Source: an uncultured Prevotella sp.
GTDB taxonomy: Bacteria; Bacteroidota; Bacteroidia; Bacteroidales; Bacteroidaceae
Direction of reading: 5' to 3'
NCBI GenBank assembly: GCA_937895845.1
Contig: CALBLK010000030.1
Location: 22,057-86,056, forward strand
Length of the DNA stretch: 64,000 bases
Of this stretch, positions 28,980-39,470 are shown in pieces; within the stretch, counting starts at the first letter, position 1; each line of letters starts with the position of its first letter. Below the pieces are notes generated by a model. The model saw only the letters and a program-made list of their open reading frames with translations. It ran no database searches and had not been told where the DNA came from. The position numbers and the translations under genes are program-made.

Positions 28980-29026
28980 CAGTTTCAGAATAACATTTGA
29001 ACATCTACTTATTAAAAAATCTACTT

Positions 29027-32000
29027 ATGAAAATTCTTTTTAGGCGTTGTCGCATGGCAGCCGCAGCCGTATCGCTGTTCCTGCTCGCCGCGACACAGTG
29101 TGCAATGGCGTCTGACCGCTACAACTTTAATGCCGGCTGGCTGCTGAGTGTGGGCGGACAGCCCGATGGTGCGTCAGGCAAGACGGACGACAGCGGATGG
29201 CAGAAGGTGACCCTTCCCTATGCCTGGAACCAGTCTGAGGCTTTCTCGCGCGTCTGCAGCGAACTTTCTGACACGGTGATGTGGTACCGCAAGCATTTCG
29301 TGCTGCCGCGGTCGGCCAGGGGCAAGCGCGTGGTCGTGGAGTTTGAGGGCGCCCGCTTCGGCGCCCGCGTGTTCATCAACGGCCATGAACTGGGCTGGGC
29401 CGAAAACGGTGTGATGGCCTTTGGCTTCGACCTTACACCTTATATTAAATATAAGGGTGACAACGTCCTGGCTGTTTATGTGGACAGTGACTGGAAGTAC
29501 CGTGACCACCCCAAGGCCGATGGCAAAGGCGGCGGCGCGGAGAAAAGCTCCACTTTCCAGTGGAACGACAAAAACTTCTATTGCAACTATGGCGGCCTCA
29601 ACAAGAACGTGTGGCTTCATGTCATGGAGCCGGTCTATCAGACCCTCCCGCTCTATTCCAACCTTGGCACGACGGGTGTCTATGTGTATGGCGAGCAGAC
29701 CGACCCCTCCTCGCGCACATGGCGTGTGAACTGTGAGACACAGGTGGTGAACAGCACCGGAGAGACCCAGACAGTGACCCACCGCGTGGCGCTGTTCGAC
29801 AAGGACGGGCGTGAGGTGAGCCGCTTTGAGGGCGAACGGCGCGAGGTGGCTCCCCGTGACACCGTGGTGATGAAAGCGAGCGGCGAAGTGGCCGGCATCC
29901 ACCAGTGGTCGTGGGGCTATGGCTATCTCTACACCGTAAAGTCGTTTATAGAGGCGGTGCCCGCAGGGCGGAAGCGTGGCAAGGTCACTGCTGATGTGGC
30001 CAGCATACAGACAGGTTTCAGAACAACCGCGTTTGGCGATGGCATGGTGAAACTCAACGGGCGCGCACTCCAGCTCAAGGGCTTCGCGCAGCGCTCCACC
30101 AACGAGTGGCCGGCGCTGGGCATCTCGGTGCCCGCATGGATGAGCGATTTCAGCAACGCCATGGTGCTGGGGTGCAACGGCAACTTCTTCCGCTGGATGC
30201 ATGTGACACCCTCCAAGCAGGACATCCGCTCGCTTGACCGCCTCGGCCTTTTGCAGGCGATGCCGGCCGGCGATGCCGAGAAGGATGTGACAGGCCGCCG
30301 CTGGCAGCAGCGTGTCGAGCTGATGCGCGATGCGATAATCTACAACCGCAACAATCCCTCCGTCATTTTCTATGAGGGCGGAAACAACAATATCTCCGAG
30401 GAGCACATGGCCGAGCTAAAGGCTGTCCGCGACCGGTACGACCCTCATGGCGGCCGTGCCATCGGCAGCCGCAACATGCTCGACTCCAAGGTGGCTGAGT
30501 ATGGCGGCGAGATGCTTTACGTCAACAAGAGCGCCGGCAAGCCTATGGTGATGATGGAGTATAACCGTGACGAGGGCATCCGCCGCTACTGGGACCGGTG
30601 GTCGTACCCCTACCACAAGGAGGGTGAAGGCCCCCTCTACCGCGGAGACCGCACCGTGGCCTACAACCACAACCAGGACGGGCTGGCCGTCGAGAACATC
30701 GTGCGCTGGAACGAATACTGGATAGCCCGCCCCGGAACCGGGCGGCGCGTCAACGCTGGCGGTGCGAAAATCATCTTCTCCGACTCTAACACCCATGCCA
30801 GGGGTGAGAAGAACTACCGTACCAGCGGAGACGTTGACGCCATGCGCATTCCCAAGGACTCATGGTTCTGCCACCAGGTGATGTGGGATGGCTGGGTTGA
30901 CCTTGACAGCTGCCGCACCTATATCATCGGGCACTGGAACTACGAGCCTGGCACTGTCAAGCCGGTCTACGTGTGCAGCTCGGCCGACGAGGTGGAACTC
31001 TTCCTCAATGGCCGCTCGCTGGGCAGGGGGGAGCGTTCGCAGAACTTCCTCTTCACGTTCAAGGATGTGGCATGGGAGCCAGGCACGCTCAAGGCTGTGG
31101 CCTGGAAAGACGGCCTCAAGGCCGGCGGCGCCGAGGTTTCGACAGTTGGAAAGCCGGTGGCGCTGCGCTTGCGGTGGATAGAGACAGGCACTCCGGCGTT
31201 CCGTGCCGATGGCGCCGATGTGCGCATAGCCGAGGTGGAGGCCGTTGACCGTGAGGGCCGCCGCCACCCGCTGGCCCACGACATGGTGCATTTTGACGTG
31301 TCGGGTGAGGGCACCTACATCGGTGGCGTGTCTGGAGTGGTGTCTGACGAGGAGAGAAAGCACAACGCGGAGGCCAGGCCTTCGGGCGAGCTTGGCATCG
31401 TCTCCGAGGGTGGCCACTCAAAGGACACCAACGGCATTGGCTCGCACGACCTGATGCTCGAGGGCGGTGTCATCCGCGTGATGGTGCGCTCCACCACCTC
31501 GCCGGGCGCGGTCAGGCTGACCGCAAGCTCGGACGCCTATCCCAGCCAGACCATCGAGGTGGCCACAGCGGCCTGCCCCGTGAGCGGAGGCTTCTACGTG
31601 GATGCCGCCGGACAGCCCGTCGAGGCCGACTGGGCGAACCAGCTGCCCCTCTGCCTGGACCGTGGCGAGACCCCGGTGACCCCCTCTTACACCCAAAAGT
31701 ACAACACGGTGGATGTGGCCCGTTTCGAGTCGCCCTCCAATGCCGCAGACCTCCATCGTCTCAACGACGACATTGAGAACACCACATGGAAGTCTGACGG
31801 CCGCCTTGACCACGCTTGGTTCCGTGTCACCCTGGCACGTCCGGCCGAGATTGCGCAGGTCGTTCTCCGCATGAACAACTTCCGCTCCACCTCTTACCCG
31901 CTCCAGATCTTCGCCGTCACCGATGACGGAAAGTCGCAACTGGTGTGGGAGGGCTACACGCAAAAGTGCCTTGGCGACAACTATCTGGATATAGACAAGC

Positions 32001-32173
32001 CGGTGAAAGCCGCAACCTACGAGATTCGCATGGTCGGTCCGGCCACGGTCAAGGAGGCTTTCGGGTCAATGACCGAGCTGGCCGCCAAGTCCAAGGTGTC
32101 CACCGCATCGGGCAAGAGCGCCACCCTGGCCATTTCGGAATTGTCGTTTAATGAAAAGTGCGGCGGCAGATGA
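29027..32173 (+). CDS. Glycoside hydrolase family 2 (beta-galactosidase-like, with DUF4982-like region)
   Basis: Signal peptide; FN.GW, WYRKHF, FEG, YGGL, TGFR, RNNPSVIFYEGGN and HWN...ELFLNG.SLG motifs. Start 29027. Confidence 0.85.
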   Translation: MKILFRRCRMAAAAVSLFLLAATQCAMASDRYNFNAGWLLSVGGQPDGASGKTDDSGWQKVTLPYAWNQSEAFSRVCSELSDTVMWYRKHFVLPRSARGKRVVVEFEGARFGARVFINGHELGWAENGVMAFGFDLTPYIKYKGDNVLAVYVDSDWKYRDHPKADGKGGGAEKSSTFQWNDKNFYCNYGGLNKNVWLHVMEPVYQTLPLYSNLGTTGVYVYGEQTDPSSRTWRVNCETQVVNSTGETQTVTHRVALFDKDGREVSRFEGERREVAPRDTVVMKASGEVAGIHQWSWGYGYLYTVKSFIEAVPAGRKRGKVTADVASIQTGFRTTAFGDGMVKLNGRALQLKGFAQRSTNEWPALGISVPAWMSDFSNAMVLGCNGNFFRWMHVTPSKQDIRSLDRLGLLQAMPAGDAEKDVTGRRWQQRVELMRDAIIYNRNNPSVIFYEGGNNNISEEHMAELKAVRDRYDPHGGRAIGSRNMLDSKVAEYGGEMLYVNKSAGKPMVMMEYNRDEGIRRYWDRWSYPYHKEGEGPLYRGDRTVAYNHNQDGLAVENIVRWNEYWIARPGTGRRVNAGGAKIIFSDSNTHARGEKNYRTSGDVDAMRIPKDSWFCHQVMWDGWVDLDSCRTYIIGHWNYEPGTVKPVYVCSSADEVELFLNGRSLGRGERSQNFLFTFKDVAWEPGTLKAVAWKDGLKAGGAEVSTVGKPVALRLRWIETGTPAFRADGADVRIAEVEAVDREGRRHPLAHDMVHFDVSGEGTYIGGVSGVVSDEERKHNAEARPSGELGIVSEGGHSKDTNGIGSHDLMLEGGVIRVMVRSTTSPGAVRLTASSDAYPSQTIEVATAACPVSGGFYVDAAGQPVEADWANQLPLCLDRGETPVTPSYTQKYNTVDVARFESPSNAADLHRLNDDIENTTWKSDGRLDHAWFRVTLARPAEIAQVVLRMNNFRSTSYPLQIFAVTDDGKSQLVWEGYTQKCLGDNYLDIDKPVKAATYEIRMVGPATVKEAFGSMTELAAKSKVSTASGKSATLAISELSFNEKCGGR

Positions 32174-32243
32174 CGGAGCCATCCCATTCTCTTGGCACTT
32201 TCAGTCCGCTGGCCGGTTTGGGCTGGCAGTAGCTGGTAAAGGC

Positions 32244-32280
32244 AACGCCCTCCATCGTTCATTCCACGATGGAGGGCGTT
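32244..32280. terminator. Hairpin between the convergent GH2 and GT2 genes
   Basis: Perfect 15-bp inverted repeat aacgccctccatcgt / acgatggagggcgtt. Confidence 0.75.
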
Positions 32281-32377
32281 ACCTTACTGTCATGCCCCTG
32301 GCGGCGCCGCCGTTCAGGCCCATAGGCCCGTCGGATTCCGCCCGGGGCGCCTTTCCCTTCTGGTGGCCGGCCTGGGC

Positions 32378-33127
32378 TCAGTCAGCCGGCTTGGGGTATT
32401 TGCGCAGCCAGCCGTCCAGCCGCAGCCGCATCACCCCGAAGAAAGCCTCGCCGAAGATGCCGCCGCTCATCTTGCTCGTGCCCTCGCGGCGGTTGACAAA
32501 GATGACGGGCACCTCCTTGATTTTGAAGCCAATCTTATAGGCGGTGAACTTCATCTCTATCTGGAATGCGTAGCCCTTGAACCTCACCTTGTCCAGCTCG
32601 ATTGTCTGGAGCACGCGGCGCTTGTAGCATATAAAGCCGGCAGTAGTGTCGTTCACCTTGAAGCCGGTGACCAGCTGCACGTATTTTGAGGCGAAATAGC
32701 TCATGAGCACGCGCCCGATGGGCCAGTTCACAACGTTCACTCCCGACACATACCGCGAGCCGATGGCCATGTCGTAGCCCTCGTCATGGCAGGCCGCGTA
32801 GAGCCGTGGCAGGTCGTTGGGGTCGTGACTGAAGTCTGCGTCCATCTCGAATATGTATTCATATCCGTGCTCCAGCGCCCATTTGAACCCCCTGATGTAG
32901 GCCGTCCCCAGCCCCAGCTTGCCCTCGCGCTCAATGAGGTGCAGCCGGTCGGAGAGCCCGTCTGCCATCAGCCGCCTGACAATGGCTGCGGTGCCGTCGG
33001 GTGACCCGTCGTCAATAATCAGGATGTGAAAGCACTTTTCCAGGCCAAATACGGCCCGGATGATTTTCTCGACGTTCTCCTTCTCGTTGTAGGTCGGGAT
33101 GATAACAATACTGTCACTTGTGTGCAT
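32378..33127 (-). CDS. Polyprenol monophosphomannose synthase (DPM1-like GT2)
   Basis: IIPTYNEKEN, DDGSPDGT, GLGTAY, MDADFSH, GSRY and GYAFQIE motifs. True start MHTSDS (33127). Confidence 0.92.
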   Translation of the reverse strand: MHTSDSIVIIPTYNEKENVEKIIRAVFGLEKCFHILIIDDGSPDGTAAIVRRLMADGLSDRLHLIEREGKLGLGTAYIRGFKWALEHGYEYIFEMDADFSHDPNDLPRLYAACHDEGYDMAIGSRYVSGVNVVNWPIGRVLMSYFASKYVQLVTGFKVNDTTAGFICYKRRVLQTIELDKVRFKGYAFQIEMKFTAYKIGFKIKEVPVIFVNRREGTSKMSGGIFGEAFFGVMRLRLDGWLRKYPKPAD

Positions 33128-33155
33128 AAGTCTTGTTCCTTTCGTTTTCCTCTTG

Positions 33156-33259
33156 TGCAATGATAATGCCGGCGAGGGCAGTGCGGGCTTGCTCTCCGAT
33201 TGCCGAGCGCAGCTTATCATCTGCAAAGGTAATGCAAACCGAAGACAATACAAAACAAA
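33156..33259 (-). promoter_or_regulatory. Repeated promoter plus structured 5'UTR element, copy B (upstream of the DPM1-like gene)
   Basis: TTTG-N19-TACCTTTG followed by a hairpin closed by atgataa/ttatcat. Colinear with 21212-21315. Confidence 0.75.
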
Positions 33260-33317
33260 AGGCTGCCAAAACAGCCATTTTCCCCGAATCGGCCATTTCG
33301 GCCCCCTTGGGAGCTTC

Positions 33318-33434
33318 GCACGCTGAAACGCACCGAATGGCGTGCTGGAACGGTTCGTTCCATGTGGCGAAACGGCCCGTTCCCGCGTGCCATTCGGGCA
33401 GTTTTGCACGCCGAAACGCACCGAATGGCGAGCC
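33318..33434. repeat. Degenerate 22-bp repeat array, second copy
   Basis: Units start at 33325, 33347, 33369, 33391 and 33413. The 25-mer gcacgcYgaaacgcaccgaatggcg recurs 88 bp (4 x 22) apart. Confidence 0.75.
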
Positions 33435-33771
33435 GGAAGTGGCAGTCTTGCAGCGGCACCCGGCTTTTTTGCCAATTCCGGCCTGTTCCGTTCGTCTCTG
33501 AAAGGCCTTTTTCGCATTCTGGAGCTTGGCCGGGCTTGGCCCGGGCAGGTCATCAGGTTTCGTCACAGGTTGCTGCCTGTTTCGGGCAGGTTGCAACGGC
33601 TGTGGTGAAGCCATGGCGGGCTGCGACGCGTCGCTGCTGGCAGCAAGATGGCCAACGAAGCCGGTGGCAAGGGACTTAAGGCAGGGGGTAACCCAATGCA
33701 AATGCCTCTTTCGGCCAGACGGCCGATTCGGGCTTGATGTTTCGACAGCTGGCACACTTGGCGGAATGAGA

Positions 33772-33835
33772 CTGCCAAACTGGCAGTTCCGTGCCGTGTG
33801 CGGCTTGCCAAGCCATGCTGTGGCACGGTTTTCGC
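33772..33835 (+). promoter_or_regulatory. Putative sigma-54-type promoter with an upstream palindrome for groESL
   Basis: TGGCACGGTTTTCGC at 33821-33835 resembles a -24/-12 element. Palindrome ctgcca-aac-tggcag at 33772-33786. Confidence 0.5.
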
Positions 33836-33910
33836 TATAAGAGAGGCAGACAGTCTGAAACTGCCGACATATTCATGTTGATGAAACAAACATTTAATAA
33901 TTATAGCATT

Positions 33911-34183
33911 ATGAACATTAAACCATTAGCAGACCGAGTACTTGTACTCCCTGCACCCGCAGAAGAGAAAGTTGGTGGAATCATTATTCCTGACACTGCC
34001 AAGGAGAAACCCCTGCACGGCAAGATTGTTGCCACAGGAAAGGGAACCAAAGACGACGAGATGGTGCTCAAGGAAGGTGACGAAGTGCTTTACGGAAAGT
34101 ATTCGGGCACAGAATTGGAATATGAAGGACAGAAATATCTGATGATGCGTCAGAGCGATGTTCTGGCCATTATCGAAGGTTAA
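33911..34183 (+). CDS. groES: Co-chaperonin GroES
   Basis: [25 protein letters not shown] and KYSGTE motifs. Confidence 0.97.
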   Translation: MNIKPLADRVLVLPAPAEEKVGGIIIPDTAKEKPLHGKIVATGKGTKDDEMVLKEGDEVLYGKYSGTELEYEGQKYLMMRQSDVLAIIEG

Positions 34184-34197
34184 TCGACAATTTTTAA

Positions 34198-35841
<1,644 letters not shown>

Positions 35842-35875
35842 TTGGCGCAAATTGCTAACTGCACATAACAATTAA

Positions 35876-35915
35876 GAGGGAGACGGATGGCAGACATCCG
35901 CCTCCCTCGTTTTTT
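35876..35915 (+). terminator. Intrinsic terminator of groESL
   Basis: Stem gagggagacggatg / catccgcctccctc followed by a T run. Confidence 0.85.
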
Positions 35916-35984
35916 ATGTGGAAATGCAGGAAAAAAGTATGCTATTTTTTTGGCGTGAGATGGAATTTCTCTATCTTTGCACTT

Positions 35985-36111
35985 GAAAATAAGCACGTTG
36001 ATGCGGGTCATGCCGCACAGAAGATATTTTTTTTGATTTGTTTTAGTAGATTAGTTTTTAAGTAGTTTGTTTTTACAAAACCGCCTGTCGTGAGACAGGC
36101 GGTTTTATTTT
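35985..36111 (+). ncRNA. Candidate sRNA of about 125 nt
   Basis: Own promoter TTTG (35949), N19, TATCTTTG (35972), then a small hairpin, a U-rich single-stranded core and a strong terminator. No convincing plus-strand ORF. Confidence 0.6.
36077..36111. terminator. Bidirectional terminator
   Basis: aaaaccgcctgtc-gtga-gacaggcggtttt perfect inverted repeat. Confidence 0.9.
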
Positions 36112-36135
36112 GCGGTCTGATGTGTGTTCGCTGCT

Positions 36136-37266
36136 TTACCGGTCCAGCTTAATGGTCATGCTCTTGCCCCAGTGGGCTTGCTTGCTGTTCCACAGGTATT
36201 CCCTGGCGGTGAGCAGGCGCTTGTCCGTGTCTATGGTGACGAATGTGAACGACAGGAGGCTCTCGTCGGTGGCCGACAGCTCGCCCTTCATGGGGGAGTC
36301 AACCCGGAACACGGGCAGGATGTCCTGTCCCTTGCCGTCTTTCCACCAATAGAACTCGCTGTAGTTGGTGTGTCCGTGGAAGTAGGCCTTGATGGAAGGG
36401 TGCGCCTTGACGAAATTCGCGAGCTGCCTTCTTTCAGCCGCCGGCTCCTGCTTGGTGCTTTTCACGCTTGCCGTGTCAGCGAGCAGGTTTTCAAACTTGT
36501 CCCTGGCGTTGATGTCATGTTTGCCGTTGGGATTGATGAAATGCTTGGCCTCCACTTCCGGCGGGTCATGTGCAAAGATAATGACCGGCGTGCCCGGTGC
36601 CAGCGTGTCAATGTCTGCCGCTATCCACGCCCTGGTTTTGCTGTCCGGCCATATTCCGGCGAACACATAGTGTATGCCGTCACCGGTTACGGAGTAGCCT
36701 ATCCGGTCTTTGGCATAGTCGAACGTGGCCTTGTCTGCCGGTTTGGCCGGGTGCATCATCAGGTTGTAGATGCCGGCAATGCTTGACGCGTCTGTCGGTG
36801 GCGTCAGCTGTCTGTGGAAGCCGATGGCGTTGCTCGCATCGTGGTTGCCCGGCAGAAGATAGATGGGCGTGGGACGCCCCGCGTTGTCTTTCAGTGTCAG
36901 GCGGTGTGTCCAGTCGGTAATGAACTGCCGCCATGATGCAGCTGCCGGCTGCACACCTTTTTCCATCCTGTTGGCGATGTCGCCCGTGTTGACAATGAAG
37001 TTGACGTAGTCGACGGCCTCTCCGGCCCCCACGCCGCCGTCGCCGGGAATTGTCTCTTGCGGCAAGGCGTTGATTCTGTCAATCAGGGTGCGGTTGACCT
37101 CTTGTGCTGACACATGCTTTTTCCCTTGGAAATCGCGGTACAACCCATAATGAAGGTCTGACACGTGGATGAAATGTATCTCCTTGGCAGCGGCCAAGGC
37201 TGCCAGGAAGAAAAACAGCAGGCTAACGGCCGTTAGCCTGCTGATAAACAATTTGATGTTGCTCAT
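36136..37266 (-). CDS. Secreted calcineurin-like metallophosphoesterase
   Basis: Signal peptide; SDLH, TGDIANR, GNHD, HDPP and FHGHTN motifs. Confidence 0.88.
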   Translation of the reverse strand: MSNIKLFISRLTAVSLLFFFLAALAAAKEIHFIHVSDLHYGLYRDFQGKKHVSAQEVNRTLIDRINALPQETIPGDGGVGAGEAVDYVNFIVNTGDIANRMEKGVQPAAASWRQFITDWTHRLTLKDNAGRPTPIYLLPGNHDASNAIGFHRQLTPPTDASSIAGIYNLMMHPAKPADKATFDYAKDRIGYSVTGDGIHYVFAGIWPDSKTRAWIAADIDTLAPGTPVIIFAHDPPEVEAKHFINPNGKHDINARDKFENLLADTASVKSTKQEPAAERRQLANFVKAHPSIKAYFHGHTNYSEFYWWKDGKGQDILPVFRVDSPMKGELSATDESLLSFTFVTIDTDKRLLTAREYLWNSKQAHWGKSMTIKLDR

Positions 37267-37296
37267 GAATCTTGTTTTTTATAAAGATGGTGCGGT

Positions 37297-37854
37297 TTAC
37301 TTGTTGGCAGCGCCACGGGTGGCTGTGGTGATTCTCCAGCTGCCGGTCCCGTTTGGAACGCGGGCGTAGCTCTCACCCGTGCTGTGCGTCTTGCCCTCGC
37401 CGATGTTGGCGTCCCTGTCAAACTTGTCAATGCTGTTGCCCTGCTTGTCCCTGATTTCCAGAGCCACCTCCTTTTTGTTGGAAATGCCGGCCTACAGCTC
37501 GCCGCTCACAGTGGCGATGACAGCATATCCGTGCCCCGCAATCTTGTAATTGTCAGGGAAGGTGAAGATCGTCTCGGTCTTGCCCTCCTCGTCAGTCTTT
37601 TCAATCGTAGCCCCGCTGAGGCTCTTCTCCTCGGCAGCGTTGTTGTACAGCTCAATCCAGTCGTCGTCGGGGTCTTGCTTGCCGCACACCTCGTTGATGA
37701 CCACCTGGCCCTTGTCTCCCGGTGAGGCCGATGCAGTGTCAGGCTTTTCTTGACCGTTGCCCCATCCGGGAATGTCGTCCTCGCTGTCGTTCTTGCAGCC
37801 GGCCGTGAGCACAGAGAAAAGTGCTGTCGCAATCAGTAAACATTTTGCTTTCAT
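37297..37854 (-). pseudogene. Lamin-tail-domain lipoprotein interrupted by an in-frame TAG at 37492-37494
   Basis: Lipobox TAGC and LTD start VVINEV...DWIELYN. The frame continues 64 codons past the TAG with LTD-type C-terminal motifs SYARVPNGTGSW..TATRGAAN to a TAA at 37297. Confidence 0.75.
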
Positions 37855-37905
37855 TGTTTGTCTTGTTATTTGGTGCTGTTGTTAAACGTCTGTGATTCCA
37901 TCTGT

Positions 37906-39279
37906 TTAGAATAAGGCCATGAGCCTCAGCTGCAGGATGTTGAAGTCAATGCCGTCCTTCCGGCTCAGGTATAAAGGCTTCCCGTCCGCTTTGATGTGCC
38001 CCTTGGCGTCGGCGAACTTGTCATTGTCCATGAAAGTGTAGTTCAGGCCGACAAGCAGGTTGCTCTTGGGATACCAGTTCAGGGACAGCGAGTAGGCGTT
38101 GGCCTTGCCGCCCGTGATGACAGCGCGCGCGTCGTGGAAGTCGTTCAGGTTGACCGTGCTGTAATGTGCGGCAAGCTCAAGGTTGCCGCCCTTGCGCCTT
38201 ACCGGCATAGGGCCAAACTCGGCGTCGTCGGCAGCATATCTCCGGGCCTGTCCGAGAATCATATAGGATGTGCTGGCGTACCAGCCGTTGAAGGTGGCGT
38301 TCTTGAGCGAGTATTCCTCGTCGTTCTTCCCGATGCCGTACCTGCTGATACCCGTGAAGACATACTCGCCGGTGAGCAGCCACTTGTTGTGGCGGAAGCC
38401 CAGCTCATAGCCCAAAGTGTAATAGTGGTTGACGTTTTCAACCTCGGCATCCACGAACCGTCGGCGGTCCACTTCGCTCTCGGGCAGTCCCCGGAACTCA
38501 ACCGTCCTGTGCTCGTTGCCGTTGGCGTCGGGCGTGCGGTAGGTGGCATAGCCGCCAATGTGAACGGTGGTCTCGTCGTTGTTGACAGGCGATATGGCTG
38601 CGCGCCCGGTAAAGGCATAGCCGTCATCGCCGCGGTTGCGCTCTTTCTGAAGCAGGTCGACCTTGGCGCCGAACACACCGCCCGAAGCCCACCAGTGGTT
38701 GCCGTAGGCGGTGAGCGACGCGCCGAGGTGGCGGCCCGATGCGAAAATGTCGACAGGCATGGGTCGCTCTGCGCTTTGCAGGTACTTGGAGCTTGTCGAG
38801 CTCTCCATGCTCATCGGCTCCTTGAACTGGCCGGCCTTCACCCACATGCGGTCGTTGATTTTGTAGCCGATGTACATGTCTTTCACCGTGGCCTCATCGT
38901 AGGCAAAGTCCATGTCGAACTCGGCAAACCATTTCTTGTAAAGGGTTGCCTTGACGGCAATGCGCGCGCGGCGTACGATGGCGCCATTGCTGAACCTGAA
39001 TTTCCCGTCATCCTCCTCCAGGTCTTTGTTTGCCTTTGAAGTCAGCCCGTCAACACTCTCTGTGGGAATATAGCCCGCGGCATCCAGGTAGATGCGGTTG
39101 TCCAGCCACCAGTGGAAATTGCCGTTGGCAGTGGCAAAGTGCAGCCTGCCGTTTTGTACAAAAGCTTTGACACCGCTTTTCTCCTCGCTTGTCATGTCTT
39201 CGGTTTGCGCTTGGGCTTTCTGTGACAACGCTAAGGAAGCCAGCGCCAAACCGAGGCATAAGTGAAATTTCGTGTTCAT
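37906..39279 (-). CDS. OprO/OprP-family phosphate-selective porin
   Basis: Signal peptide; VRRARI, GQFKEPMSME..TSS, ERP, GWY...SY...G..R.Y, G.LELA and LNWY motifs, with terminal Phe. Start MNTKFH (39279). Confidence 0.85.
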   Translation of the reverse strand: MNTKFHLCLGLALASLALSQKAQAQTEDMTSEEKSGVKAFVQNGRLHFATANGNFHWWLDNRIYLDAAGYIPTESVDGLTSKANKDLEEDDGKFRFSNGAIVRRARIAVKATLYKKWFAEFDMDFAYDEATVKDMYIGYKINDRMWVKAGQFKEPMSMESSTSSKYLQSAERPMPVDIFASGRHLGASLTAYGNHWWASGGVFGAKVDLLQKERNRGDDGYAFTGRAAISPVNNDETTVHIGGYATYRTPDANGNEHRTVEFRGLPESEVDRRRFVDAEVENVNHYYTLGYELGFRHNKWLLTGEYVFTGISRYGIGKNDEEYSLKNATFNGWYASTSYMILGQARRYAADDAEFGPMPVRRKGGNLELAAHYSTVNLNDFHDARAVITGGKANAYSLSLNWYPKSNLLVGLNYTFMDNDKFADAKGHIKADGKPLYLSRKDGIDFNILQLRLMALF

Positions 39280-39307
39280 GTTTTTATTATCCTTAAAAAT
39301 ATGCGTG

Positions 39308-39419
39308 CAAAAGTATCGGCACAAGGTTGCGGCGCGGTGTCATTGGTGTTACAATCGGGTTACGTCACGGTTTTGTAACGGCTCTGTAACAGAACCGCCA
39401 AGGCAAGCCCTTACTTTTG
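39308..39419. promoter_or_regulatory. Mirror-symmetric divergent promoter with Pho-box-like repeats at 11-bp spacing
   Basis: Minus strand: GTAAC, GTAAC, GACAC at 39363, 39352, 39341, then TACTTTTG at 39315. Plus strand: GTCAC, GTAAC, GTAAC at 39364, 39375, 39386, then TACTTTTG at 39412. Confidence 0.75.
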
Positions 39420-39470
39420 CAGTAACTTTTTTAAAATCAGTTTTTGCATCATTTTTATTTAGTGTTAGTT

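Noticed and set aside
33128..33910. Overlapping ORFs in the DPM1-groES spacer and the long N-terminal extensions given for DPM1, groES, lpxK, sppA and DUF4450
   Set aside because: They run through promoter and repeat elements, have non-coding-like composition, and the conserved protein starts lie downstream.
37492..37494. Genome-wide TAG reassignment or pyrrolysine
   Set aside because: TAG terminates complete conserved genes here (serB, pheA, thiL, sppA), and no pyl genes or suppressor tRNA were seen.
39308..39419. Invertible (phase-variable) promoter
   Set aside because: The symmetry comes from two outward-facing promoters (TGCAAAAGTA / TACTTTTGCA) and phased pentamers. Inversion would not switch either side off, and there is no recombinase nearby.
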